From NCBI GenBank assembly GCA_963727525.1, contig CAVSGO010000007.1:1312001-1376000 (forward strand): 64,000 nucleotides of DNA, given 5' to 3'. This document shows positions 44,450-54,321 of this stretch, one piece after another. Below the pieces are notes generated by a model. That model saw only the letters and a program-made list of their open reading frames with translations. It did not search any database and was not told the DNA's origin. The stretch is from an uncultured bacterium. Its GTDB lineage: Bacteria > Krumholzibacteriota > Krumholzibacteriia > LZORAL124-64-63. Position numbers and translations under genes: made by a program. The stretch's first letter is position 1. Every line of letters begins with the position of its first letter.

Positions 44450-45826
44450 CTAGAAATCGAAGTACATCGAGAACTCGTAGGGATGCGGCCGCTTGTTGAT
44501 GCGGTTGATTTCCTCCCGCTTGATCTCCAGCCAGCGCCATATCAGCGCCTCGGGCATGACCTCGCCACGCAGGAGGTACTGGTGGTCGGACTCGAGGGCA
44601 TCGAGCGCATCGTCGAGGTTGCGGGGCAGGAACTCCACTTGATTGTCCCGCGTGCCCTGACTCGGCGCGTCGGCCGGTTGCCATCCGCGCGCGATGGGAT
44701 CGATCTTGTTGACAATGCCGTCGAGCCCCGCCATGAGGATCGCCGTGGTGCCCAGGTAGGGGTTGCAGGTGTAGTCGGGCGGGCGGTACTCCACGCGGCG
44801 GAACTGCGGATCGGTCACGTAGCTCGGCACGCGGATCGCGGCGCCGCGATTGCTGCGTCCGAAGGTGCGTACGGTTGGCGCCTCGAAGCCCGGCACCAGA
44901 CGCTTGTAACTGTTCGTACTGGGATTGGTGAACGCGCTCAGCGAGGCGCAATGCTCCAGGATTCCACCGATGTAGTACAGCGCCGTCTGCGAGAGACCGG
45001 CGTAGCCGCCAGCGTCGTCGAAGACGTTGCGCCCCTCGCGGGTGAGGAACTGGTGCAGGTGCCAGCCGCTGCCGGCATTCTCGTAGAGCGGCTTGGGCAT
45101 GAAGGTCACACGCAGTCCATGGCGTCGCGCGAGATTGTGCAGGATGTACTTCGTGAGCACCGCGTGATCGCCGGTGGTCAGGAGACTGGCGAACCAGCCC
45201 TCGATCTCCTGCTGACCGCTAGCCCCAACCTCGTGGTGGTGGTAGCGCACGGGAATGCCGAAGTCTCGCATCACGCGACTCACGTCGTCGCGGAAGTTCG
45301 CGTACAGGTCGAAGGGATTACAGGCGTGATACGCGTTCTGATAGAAACGTTCGGCGCTCGTGACCCGGTAGCTGCCCTGGCTCGCATTGGACTCGAACTC
45401 GCACGCCTCGAAGATGTAGAATTCGTATTCTGGCGCCCATGACGATGTATCGGCCACGCCGAGTTCGCGTAGCGTCTGCTCGGCGCGACGCGCGATGTGC
45501 CGGCTGTCCTGGTTGAACGGCGTGCGCTCGTGATCCGTCAGGTAGGCCTCCGCCAGCAGAGAAAGCGTGGGGTGCTCACGGAAGGGGTCGATGACGGACG
45601 TCGTCAGGTCGGGAATCAACACCATGTCGCTGTTCTCGACCTTGCGGAACCCGTAGCTCGAGCCGTCGAAACCGACGCCTTCCTGGCACACGTCGGGCGT
45701 GAAGCGATCGAAGGGCAGCGTGAGATGGTGCAGGCGGCCCGTGAGGTCGAGCATCTTCAGGTCGATGAACTCGACCCCCTTGGCTCCGGCTTCCTGACGA
45801 ACCTGTGCGAAGAGATCCCTGGACAT
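44450..45826 (-). CDS. glnA: Glutamine synthetase type I
   Basis: [46 protein letters not shown] and EYRPPD. Confidence 0.95.
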   Translation of the reverse strand: MSRDLFAQVRQEAGAKGVEFIDLKMLDLTGRLHHLTLPFDRFTPDVCQEGVGFDGSSYGFRKVENSDMVLIPDLTTSVIDPFREHPTLSLLAEAYLTDHERTPFNQDSRHIARRAEQTLRELGVADTSSWAPEYEFYIFEACEFESNASQGSYRVTSAERFYQNAYHACNPFDLYANFRDDVSRVMRDFGIPVRYHHHEVGASGQQEIEGWFASLLTTGDHAVLTKYILHNLARRHGLRVTFMPKPLYENAGSGWHLHQFLTREGRNVFDDAGGYAGLSQTALYYIGGILEHCASLSAFTNPSTNSYKRLVPGFEAPTVRTFGRSNRGAAIRVPSYVTDPQFRRVEYRPPDYTCNPYLGTTAILMAGLDGIVNKIDPIARGWQPADAPSQGTRDNQVEFLPRNLDDALDALESDHQYLLRGEVMPEALIWRWLEIKREEINRINKRPHPYEFSMYFDF

Positions 45827-45932
45827 GCGACGACCTCGGGGACGGTGTGAAGCGAGACGTTGTATGGCGCCGGCGCGGCCGGTGCGCAGCCATACCAATA
45901 TAGGAAGCGAGGGCGCGGTTGATAAGAAAAAG

Positions 45933-46841
45933 TCAGGCCGGCAGGAGGTCGTCGAAGGCGCGCTCCAGGTCCGGGAACGTGAAGCGGAACCCCTGCGCGC
46001 GCAGGGCCCCGGGCACCATGCGCTGGCTCGCCAGCAGCATCGAGGCCCGCGCGCCGAGAACGAGCCGCAGACCCCAGGCCGGGGCCGGCAGTTCGAAGGA
46101 CACGCCCGCTCGCGCCGCGAGTGCCTGGGCGAATTGGCGCTGGCGCGGCGGATCCGGCGCCACCACGTTCACCGCCCCGCGCAGGGCGGGCGTCGCGATG
46201 GCGAAGAGGCAGATATTCACCACGTCGCGCACGTGCACCCAGGGAAAGTATTGCTGTCCGGAACCGAGCTTGCCGTTGAGATGGCGCCGCGACAGGCCGA
46301 CGAGGCGCGGCAATGCCCCACCCTCGCGCGCGAGCACGACCGCCAGGCGCAGGCACACCACGCGGCAACGTTCCGAATCGGCGCTCAGCGCGTTGTGCTC
46401 CCATTCCGCGGCCAGGCGGGCGAGGTAATCCTGGCCCGGTTCGGCATCCTCGGTGAGAGCGCGATCCCCCGCGTCGCCGTAGTAGCCGCTGGCCGACGCG
46501 CTCAGGAACACGCAATCGCCGCCACGGCGCGCCGCCTCCGCCAGGTAGGCGGTGGGGCGCACACGGCTGCGGCGCAGCTGGCGCCTGCGCTTGGCGGTCC
46601 ATCGGCCCTCGGCCACGCTCGCGCCCGCCAGGTTGATCACGGCATCCGCTGCCGCGGCCTCGTCTTGCCAGGTTCCCGGCTCGGTGGTATCGGCCTCGCA
46701 CATGGCCACGTCCGCCGGCAGGACGGCGCGCGCACGCTGTGCATCACGCGTCAGGCACACGACCTCGTCCCCGCGGGCCAGCAGCGCCGCGATCACGTGA
46801 CGGCCGATCAGGCCCGTTCCGCCTGCCACCAGGACTCTCAT
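45933..46841 (-). CDS. TIGR01777-family NAD-dependent oxidoreductase
   Basis: GGTGLIG, VINLAGAS, SASASGYYG, GSGQQYFPWVH and LLASQRMVP. Confidence 0.9.
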   Translation of the reverse strand: MRVLVAGGTGLIGRHVIAALLARGDEVVCLTRDAQRARAVLPADVAMCEADTTEPGTWQDEAAAADAVINLAGASVAEGRWTAKRRRQLRRSRVRPTAYLAEAARRGGDCVFLSASASGYYGDAGDRALTEDAEPGQDYLARLAAEWEHNALSADSERCRVVCLRLAVVLAREGGALPRLVGLSRRHLNGKLGSGQQYFPWVHVRDVVNICLFAIATPALRGAVNVVAPDPPRQRQFAQALAARAGVSFELPAPAWGLRLVLGARASMLLASQRMVPGALRAQGFRFTFPDLERAFDDLLPA

Positions 46842-46983
46842 GCCCACCCCTTCGATTGCAGACAAGCTAGAGGTTCCCGCCGTCGCTGTCCATCGAGGAC
46901 ATCCGACGACGACCGGGTTGGCTGGCCGGCGGCGACGCGTTAGATTTGTCGGGCAAACCGCGTCCCCATCCGAAAGGCCGCCT

Positions 46984-47799
46984 GTGCAGTACGAGCACTT
47001 CGACACCGAGATCCAGTCCGGCGTCGCCCATATCCGTCTCATCGGCGATAGCAACCCCAATCTCGCCGACCTATGTAGCGAGTTTCTCGACCTGATGCTG
47101 CGCCTGCAAGAAGACCGCGCCGTGCGTGCCATCCTGCTCACCGACGGAGAATGCCTCTTCGACCAGCAGCCGAACCTCCATGGCCTCGCCGCGGAGCGCC
47201 AGCGCACGCACGACTTCGACCTGGTGGCCGCCGACCTCGATCAGATCCGCCAGGTGGTCACGTTCCTCCAGGAGCTGATCAAGCCCATGGTGATCGCCGC
47301 ACGCGGCGACGTGCGCGGGGCCGGCCTGGGTCTCTTCATGGCCGGCGACGTCCACCTGGCCGGCAGCGCCGCCAGCTTCACGGCACCCGACGTGACGGCC
47401 GGACTCATGCCCGACTGGGGACTCACCTTCACGCTGCCGCGGCAGGCGGGCTCAGGCGTGAGTCTCGAGTTCCTATGGTCGGGTCGTACCGTGTCCGCCG
47501 GCGAGGCGGCCCGGATGGGGCTCGTCGACCGGGTCATCCCGGACGCGAGCTGGGACGAGGAGCTGGCCGTGTTCATGGAACGCCTCGCTCACCTGCCCCA
47601 GCCGATGGTGCGCCTCACGAAGCTGGCCACGCAGCAGGCCGGCCAGTTCGACCTCACGAGCATGCTCAGCCTGGAGTTCGAGGCCCAGATGCAATGCTGG
47701 GACTCGCAGGAGACGTTGGAAGGACTGTCGGCCTGGCAAGAGGGGCGCCGCCCCGTATTCCAGGCGCCGCAGTCGGATTCCGAGGACGACGACGCCTAG
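46984..47799 (+). CDS. Enoyl-CoA hydratase/isomerase (crotonase) family protein
   Basis: KPMVIAARG, GAGLGL, GLMPDWG, EAARMGLVD and EGRRPVF. Confidence 0.85.
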   Translation: MQYEHFDTEIQSGVAHIRLIGDSNPNLADLCSEFLDLMLRLQEDRAVRAILLTDGECLFDQQPNLHGLAAERQRTHDFDLVAADLDQIRQVVTFLQELIKPMVIAARGDVRGAGLGLFMAGDVHLAGSAASFTAPDVTAGLMPDWGLTFTLPRQAGSGVSLEFLWSGRTVSAGEAARMGLVDRVIPDASWDEELAVFMERLAHLPQPMVRLTKLATQQAGQFDLTSMLSLEFEAQMQCWDSQETLEGLSAWQEGRRPVFQAPQSDSEDDDA

Positions 47800-47812
47800 G
47801 AGGCCACGAGGC

Positions 47813-49615
47813 ATGGGCCAGACCCTCATCGAGAAGATCATCGCGCGCCACACCGACCAGCCCGTGCGCCCCGGCGCAATCGTCGATGTCGCGATCGACT
47901 TGCGCGCCGCCCGGGACTTCGGCGGCGCCAACGTCGTGAAGAACCTGCAACGCGCAGGCCTCAGTGTGGCCGACCCACGCCGCACGCTCTTCTCCTTTGA
48001 CTGCAATCCCGGGGGGAGCGACCAGGGCTACGCCGCCAATCAGCACCTCTGCCGCACCTTCGCGCGCGAGACCGGTGTGATCCTGCGCGACGTCACCCAG
48101 GGCATCGGCACACATGTCGCCATCGAGGAAGGACTGGTGGGCCCCGGCAAGACCTTCGTCTCCACCGACAGCCACGCCAATATCATGGGCGCTGTGGGCG
48201 CCTTCGGGCAAGGCATGGGCGATCAGGACATCGCCGCGGCGTGGGCCCACGGCAAGGTGTGGTTCAAGGTGCCGCCCACGGTGAGGGTGGTGCTCCAGGG
48301 CAAGCCCGGTCCGTACGCCACGGCCAAGGACATCGCCCTGGCCATGGCGCAGCATCTCGGCGCCGACGGGTTGCTGGGCTGCGCCGCCGAGATCGAGGGC
48401 GACATCGTGGATACCCTCGACGTGGCCGACCGCATCACCATCGCCTCCATGGCCACCGAGATGGGCGGAATCACGATCCTCTTCGCACCGAACCAGGCGG
48501 TCCTCGACTTCTGCCGCGCCGCCAGCGGCCACCCCTGGGAGCCCCTCGCCGCGAGCCGCAGCGCCACCTATCGGGACACGATCACCATCGACATCGCCGG
48601 CCTCGGCCCGATGATCGCGCGGCCCGGTCATCCGGAGGACGTGGTGCCGGTGGCGGAGGTGACGGGGCGTCCCGTCGATTCCGTCTTCCTCGGCAGCTGC
48701 ACCAACGGACGGCTCGAGGACCTGCGCATCGCCGCCGCCGTACTGCGCGGCCAGCGCGTGGCCCCCCACGTGGTGCTGAAGGTGGTGCCGGCCACCCGCC
48801 AGGTGTGGGAGCAGGCCCTGGCCGAGGGGCTCATCGGCGAACTCATGGAGGCCGGCGCCCTCGTCGGCAATGCCGGCTGCGCTGGTTGCGCCGCCGGTCA
48901 GATCGGCCAGAACGGGCCCGGCGAGGTCACTGTCAGCAGCGGCAATCGCAACTTCGCGGGCAAGCAGGGCAAAGGCGAGGTGTACCTGGCCAGTCCCGCC
49001 ACCTGCGCCGCCTCCGCCCTGGCGGGCGTGATCACGAGCATGGATGCGGCCGACCACCAGACAGCCGTCGCGCCCCGACCTGCCGCCGTAATCGACCCGC
49101 CCGTGGCGGCCGCCGCACCCGCGGCCCGCTCCGTGCGCCCCACGCAGTTGCACGGCCGCGCCTGGCTCGTCGATGTCGACAACGTCGATACCGACATGAT
49201 CTTCCACAACCGGCACCTCGCGATCACCGACTGCGGTCAGATGGGCCCACACGCGTTCGGCAACCTGACCGGCTGGGAGGATTTCCCGCAGAAGGTACAA
49301 CCCGGCGACATCGTGATCACGGGCAGCAATTTCGGTTGCGGCAGCTCCCGGCAGCAGGCGGTGGATTGCTTCTGCGCCCTCGGCGTGGCGGCCCTCGTGG
49401 CGCGCAGCTACGGCGCCATCTACGAGCGTAATGCGATCAATGCCGGCCTGCCCGTGCTGGTGGCCGACCTGCGTTCCGCCGGTCTGGCGAACGGCCAGGA
49501 GATCGCGATCGATCTCGCGGATGGAACGATCAGCTGGGACGGTGGCACCATGCTGACCGAACCCTTCAGCAAGGTGCAGATGGACATCTACCAGCGGGGC
49601 GGATTGCTGGTTTGA
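47813..49615 (+). CDS. Aconitase-family hydro-lyase: fused LeuC-like and LeuD-like subunits
   Basis: MGQTLIEKI, DSH, GSCTNGR, CAGC, NRNF, YLASP. After a Pro/Ala linker come NVDTDMI and NFGCGSSR. Confidence 0.9.
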   Translation: MGQTLIEKIIARHTDQPVRPGAIVDVAIDLRAARDFGGANVVKNLQRAGLSVADPRRTLFSFDCNPGGSDQGYAANQHLCRTFARETGVILRDVTQGIGTHVAIEEGLVGPGKTFVSTDSHANIMGAVGAFGQGMGDQDIAAAWAHGKVWFKVPPTVRVVLQGKPGPYATAKDIALAMAQHLGADGLLGCAAEIEGDIVDTLDVADRITIASMATEMGGITILFAPNQAVLDFCRAASGHPWEPLAASRSATYRDTITIDIAGLGPMIARPGHPEDVVPVAEVTGRPVDSVFLGSCTNGRLEDLRIAAAVLRGQRVAPHVVLKVVPATRQVWEQALAEGLIGELMEAGALVGNAGCAGCAAGQIGQNGPGEVTVSSGNRNFAGKQGKGEVYLASPATCAASALAGVITSMDAADHQTAVAPRPAAVIDPPVAAAAPAARSVRPTQLHGRAWLVDVDNVDTDMIFHNRHLAITDCGQMGPHAFGNLTGWEDFPQKVQPGDIVITGSNFGCGSSRQQAVDCFCALGVAALVARSYGAIYERNAINAGLPVLVADLRSAGLANGQEIAIDLADGTISWDGGTMLTEPFSKVQMDIYQRGGLLV

Positions 49616-49628
49616 AGCGCGGGCCGAT

Positions 49629-52364
49629 TCACGCCGACGGCGGCGCGCTCTCGATCGCGCTCCGTACCTTGCGGGCCAGCTCGGCGCGCGAAAACGGTTT
49701 CGGGAGAAAGTTGACGCCGTCGTCGAGCACGCCGCGGTGGGCGATGACGTTGGGCGTATAGCCCGACATGAACAGCGTCCGTACCCGCGGGTGTTGCGCC
49801 TCGAGCCTCCTCGCAAGCTCGCGCCCGTTCATATCCGGCATGACGACGTCGGTGATCAGCAGATCGATCGCGCCGTCCTGGTGCGCCGCCACCGTCAGTG
49901 CCTCGCCCGGCGTGCTGGCGGTGATCACGACGTACCCGAGTCCTTCCAGCATCACAGCGCCGAGCGCGAGGATCGATGGCTCGTCTTCCACGAGCAGGAT
50001 CGTCTCGCCGTGGCCGACCGGGGGTGCCTCGTCGACGACGACGTCCGCGTCCGTGACCGCCCCGCGGTGTCGACGCAGATAGATGCGAAACGTCGTGCCG
50101 TTATCGGGCTCGCTGTAGACGTTGATGAAACCATCGTTCTGCTTCACGATGCCGTATACCGTCGAGAGACCGAGACCGGTGCCTTCCCCCAGCATCTGGG
50201 TGGTGAAGAAGGGCTCGAAGATGCGCCCCTGCACCTCGCGCGTCATGCCGCAACCGTCGTCGCTCACGGTGAGCACGGCATACTGGCCGGGCACGAAACC
50301 GATATGGTCGTCGCAGTAGTCCTGGTCGAGCTCGACGTTCGCCGTCTCGATGGTGATCTTGCCGACGCCCTCGATGGCATTGCGCGCGTTGACGCAGAGG
50401 TTGGCCAGGACCTGGTCGAGCTGCGACGGATCCAGCTTCACCGGCCATACATCGTTGCCGGGCAGCCACGCCAGGTTGATGTCCTCGCCGATCAGGCGTT
50501 TCAGCATGGACAGCAGGTTGCTCACGCTCGCGTCGAGATCGATCACCCGCGGCGCGATGGTCTGCTTGCGCGCAAAGGCCAGGAGCTGGCGAGTGATATC
50601 CGCCGTGCGGAGCCCCGCGTTCAGGATGGCCTCGAGGTCGGCCCGCAACGGATCGCCGGCCGGTACCTGCGCCAGGGCCAGCTCCGCATAGCCGTTGATC
50701 ACGCTGAGCATGTTGTTGAAGTCGTGGGCCACGCCGCCGGCCAGGGTACCCACCGTCTCCATCTTCTGCGCCTGCAGGAGCTGCTGGCGCAGGCCCTCGC
50801 GCTCCGCTTCGGCCTGCTTCTGCTCGGTGATGTCGTGCACGATGGAGTGCACGTACGAGCGCCCCTCCATCTCGATGACCGTGGAGTCCACCACGACGTC
50901 GCGCAGCGCACCGTCGGCCTTGAGGTGCTGCACCTCGAAACGCGAGGCCTCGCCGCTCTCCAGCTGGCTGATCGCCTCCTGCAGTCGTTCGGGCGCCATG
51001 GGATTGATATCGCGCACGTGCATCGTCACGAGTGTCTCGACCGGCCAGCCATAGTATGCGGCCGCCGCCGCGTTCGCGTCGACGATGGCGCCGTCCTGCG
51101 GATCGAAGATCAGCTTCACCGCGCTATGTTTCTCGAACATGTCGCGGAATTTCTGGGCGTCTTCCTGGGCCGCCTGGGCCGCCAGTTTCTGCGCGGTGAT
51201 GACCTCCGAGAAAATGATGATACCCCCCACCTCCCCCGAGGGTTCATACCACGGGCGAATCTCCCAGCGGACCCAGTCGACCGAGCCGTCCGCGCGCGGG
51301 AACGGATCCTCCTCGCTCCGCTCGGTGGCGCCGGCAAGGCAACGCCGGTGGATCTCCTTCCATCTGTCGGTTATCTCGGGAAACACGTCGTAGTGCGAAC
51401 GGCCGATGATGGCACGATCCTCGATGCCGTAGTCCTTCGCGAAACGCCGGCTCGCCGCGATGTAGTGCATTTGCGTGTCGAACATCGCGATGGCCGCTGG
51501 CGCATGCTCGACGAAGAGGCCGAGGATGCGCTCGCTGTGCTCGACTTCCGCCTCGATGCGTCGGCGCGTCGTCACGTCGGTGAAGATGATGAAATCCATC
51601 CCGTCGGCCGACGACTGGCGGAACTCGATGTCGCGGACGGTGCCGTCCTTGCAGGTGACGGCATAGACCAAGGGCTCGGCGATGCCGCCAGTGGCCCTGG
51701 ACCGCGCAACCACCTCGTCCCAGCGACGCCGCGCCACTTCGCGGTACGGAGGGTCGGGGTAGGCCAGCTCCCACCATTCGGCGATCGATGGGATCTCGGC
51801 CAGCGTGTAGCCGAAGAATTCGGTGAAGCGCGGACTGACGTAGAGGACCTGCCCTTGCCCATCGGTGATGGCGATGGCAAGCGGCGCCGACGCGGCGAAC
51901 GCGCGGAAACGCGCCTCGCTGCGTCGCAGCGCCGCCTCCACCTCGCGTCGCTCGGAAATGTTGCGCACGAAGACCAGCGCCCCCTGCTCGCCCTGGTACG
52001 TGATCGGTTCGCCCCGGGTCTCCACCCAGACCTCGCCGCCGTCGGGGCGCAAAAAGCGAATCTCGCGCAATTCGGTGATGGAAGTGCGTTCCTCGTTGAG
52101 CAGCCGGATCCGTTGAGCGGCGGCGGCGCGGTCGTCCGGATGGATGCGCTCGAGAACGGCTGTGCCGACCAGTCGCGCCGGCTCCGCCAGTCCGAAGAGA
52201 CGGCAGCAGGCGGAGTTCATGTAGGCGAAGAGTCCGCGCGTCTGGATGAAGATGGGGTCGGGCGCGCTTTCCACCATACTCTGGAAGCGGCGCTCGGACT
52301 CGCCCGCACCGGACGGCTGACCGGCGCCCTCCCAAGGTCGATCATAAAAGGTATCACGTACCAT
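49629..52364 (-). CDS. Cytoplasmic multi-PAS hybrid sensor histidine kinase/receiver
   Basis: About four PAS/PAC units; AGGVAHDFNN, NLCVNAR, DDGCGM, GTGLGL; receiver ILLVEDE...TDVVMP...KPF. Start is uncertain. Confidence 0.92.
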   Translation of the reverse strand: MVRDTFYDRPWEGAGQPSGAGESERRFQSMVESAPDPIFIQTRGLFAYMNSACCRLFGLAEPARLVGTAVLERIHPDDRAAAAQRIRLLNEERTSITELREIRFLRPDGGEVWVETRGEPITYQGEQGALVFVRNISERREVEAALRRSEARFRAFAASAPLAIAITDGQGQVLYVSPRFTEFFGYTLAEIPSIAEWWELAYPDPPYREVARRRWDEVVARSRATGGIAEPLVYAVTCKDGTVRDIEFRQSSADGMDFIIFTDVTTRRRIEAEVEHSERILGLFVEHAPAAIAMFDTQMHYIAASRRFAKDYGIEDRAIIGRSHYDVFPEITDRWKEIHRRCLAGATERSEEDPFPRADGSVDWVRWEIRPWYEPSGEVGGIIIFSEVITAQKLAAQAAQEDAQKFRDMFEKHSAVKLIFDPQDGAIVDANAAAAAYYGWPVETLVTMHVRDINPMAPERLQEAISQLESGEASRFEVQHLKADGALRDVVVDSTVIEMEGRSYVHSIVHDITEQKQAEAEREGLRQQLLQAQKMETVGTLAGGVAHDFNNMLSVINGYAELALAQVPAGDPLRADLEAILNAGLRTADITRQLLAFARKQTIAPRVIDLDASVSNLLSMLKRLIGEDINLAWLPGNDVWPVKLDPSQLDQVLANLCVNARNAIEGVGKITIETANVELDQDYCDDHIGFVPGQYAVLTVSDDGCGMTREVQGRIFEPFFTTQMLGEGTGLGLSTVYGIVKQNDGFINVYSEPDNGTTFRIYLRRHRGAVTDADVVVDEAPPVGHGETILLVEDEPSILALGAVMLEGLGYVVITASTPGEALTVAAHQDGAIDLLITDVVMPDMNGRELARRLEAQHPRVRTLFMSGYTPNVIAHRGVLDDGVNFLPKPFSRAELARKVRSAIESAPPSA

Positions 52365-52560
52365 ATTGTCCGGAGCCCCTCGAGTCTTGCGACAAGCTAG
52401 CACCGACGGCGCGGTCGTGACACCAGAAATCCCCGGTGCGCGCCTCGCAGCGCCCGATCGTCCGCTATCGGCCCGGGATCCTCGCTCTCGACAGACACAC
52501 CGCCACTCCCTATGCTCGCCGGGAACCGCCGGCGCGCCTCGCAGCCGAAAGGACCGGCCC

Positions 52561-54321
52561 ATGCCGTGGCTGATCGTCGCGATCCTCGGCCTCTTCTACC
52601 TGGTCGGGCTCCCCCTGGTCATCTTCCAGGTGATCCTGTTAAGACGGCGGGTGCGCGATCTGGAGCAGCGCCTCGCCTTGCGCGGTCCGCTGGCCGCCCC
52701 GCTACCCGCATCGCCCGGCCCCGCGTCCGCTGGCTCACCGGGCACGGTGGCCCGCCCGCCGCGCGCGGACGCCGGGGGTCTCGAGACGCTGGTGGGCGCG
52801 CGGGGACTCACCTGGGTGGGCGTGCTCGCCATCTTCTTCGGCACCGCGTACTTCGTGGCCCTCGATCTCACGGGCAGCCCGCTGTCCGGTGTGGTGCAGG
52901 TGCTGGTCGAACTCGCGGTGGCGTTGCTCTTCGTGCTCGCCGGTCGCTGGTTCTCCGGACGGGCCGGGCGTTTCCTCGGTCTGAGCCTGCTCGGCGGCGG
53001 CCTGGCGCTCCTCGACCTGGGCGCCTACGGCGCGTACGGTTTCCACCATCTGATCGGCGCCGCGACGGTATACCCCTTTCTCGCCGCGATCGCCGTGCTG
53101 GGTGCGCTGCTCGCCCTGCGGCAGAATGCGGCGGTGATCGCCGCACTCACGCTGGCGGGGGCGCTCCTCGCCCCGCTTATCCTGTCCGTACGGGGCGACC
53201 CGGCCGCGGCGCTCTTTCCCTACCTCGCGGCCGTGAACCTGGGTACCGTGCTGGTGGGGCGCCGCACGGGCTGGGCGGGTCTGCCCCTGGCCGCCTTCTC
53301 CGGCAGTGCGATCCTGCTGGTTGCCTGGGCCGATGCTCACTACGGGCCGGAGCAGCGCCTCGCATTGCTCAGCGTGGCGAGCTGGCTCTGGCTGCTCTAC
53401 GCGATCACCCCCTTGCTCGGCGAAGCGGAGCCGGGCTTCTGGAGCGTGGCGCGCGGTATCGTGGTGCTGGTCGACGGCCTTGCCTTCGCCGGCACGCTCT
53501 GGTTCCTGCTCGGGCCCGAACTGACCGGGCTGCGCGGCGCGACGCTCGCCGGGCTGTCTCTCATCTACGTCGCGAGCGAGCACCTGGCGCGACGACACCT
53601 GCCTGCCAGCCTCGGGCTGGAGCTGACGCGCGTGGCGGGCGTGGCGATCGCGGCGCTCGCCGTACCGGCGCAACTCGACCGCGGCTGGGTGACGCTCGGC
53701 TGGACGGTGCTGGCCGCCGTGCTGTTCTGGACCGATCGCCGCGGTACGAGCGCATGGTACCTTCCGCTCGCGTGCGGCGCTGTCCTCCTGGCACTGGGCA
53801 AGACCGTCACCGTGGATACGGCGGCGCTGTTCGCGGGGAGCGATCGCCCGGACGCCGTGATGAACGGCGGTTTCCTGGCCGGCCTCGCTATCGTGGCGCT
53901 CATGCTGCTCGTGTGCGTCGTGTACGGACGCCGGCCCCGGGACGCACGCGACCGGACGCTGAGCACGCTCGTCCTGGTCGTCGCTCTGGTGCTGCTCCTG
54001 TGGAAGATCACCTTCGAGATGGCCCTCTACTTCGACATCCGCCATGACGTCATGGGCACCGACCAGAACAAGAGACTGCTGCTGTCCTGGTCGCTGGTCT
54101 GGGCGCTCTACGCCTTCGCCGTGACGGCGTGCGGCCTGATCTGGCGCCGCGCCGCGCTGCGCACGCTCGGTCTGGTGTTCGCGGGGATGCTCGTCGTGAA
54201 GGTGTTCCTCATCGATCTACAAGCCCTCGAGCGCGGGTACCGGATCGCCTCGCTCGTGGGCGTGGGCGTGCTGATGCTGGTGGTCTCGATGCTCTTCCAG
54301 CGGCGTCGGGGGTCGGCATGA
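52561..54321 (+). CDS. DUF2339-family polytopic membrane protein
   Basis: LETLVGARGLTWVG motif, many TMs, and C-terminal KVFLIDL..L...YRIAS. Confidence 0.82.
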   Translation: MPWLIVAILGLFYLVGLPLVIFQVILLRRRVRDLEQRLALRGPLAAPLPASPGPASAGSPGTVARPPRADAGGLETLVGARGLTWVGVLAIFFGTAYFVALDLTGSPLSGVVQVLVELAVALLFVLAGRWFSGRAGRFLGLSLLGGGLALLDLGAYGAYGFHHLIGAATVYPFLAAIAVLGALLALRQNAAVIAALTLAGALLAPLILSVRGDPAAALFPYLAAVNLGTVLVGRRTGWAGLPLAAFSGSAILLVAWADAHYGPEQRLALLSVASWLWLLYAITPLLGEAEPGFWSVARGIVVLVDGLAFAGTLWFLLGPELTGLRGATLAGLSLIYVASEHLARRHLPASLGLELTRVAGVAIAALAVPAQLDRGWVTLGWTVLAAVLFWTDRRGTSAWYLPLACGAVLLALGKTVTVDTAALFAGSDRPDAVMNGGFLAGLAIVALMLLVCVVYGRRPRDARDRTLSTLVLVVALVLLLWKITFEMALYFDIRHDVMGTDQNKRLLLSWSLVWALYAFAVTACGLIWRRAALRTLGLVFAGMLVVKVFLIDLQALERGYRIASLVGVGVLMLVVSMLFQRRRGSA

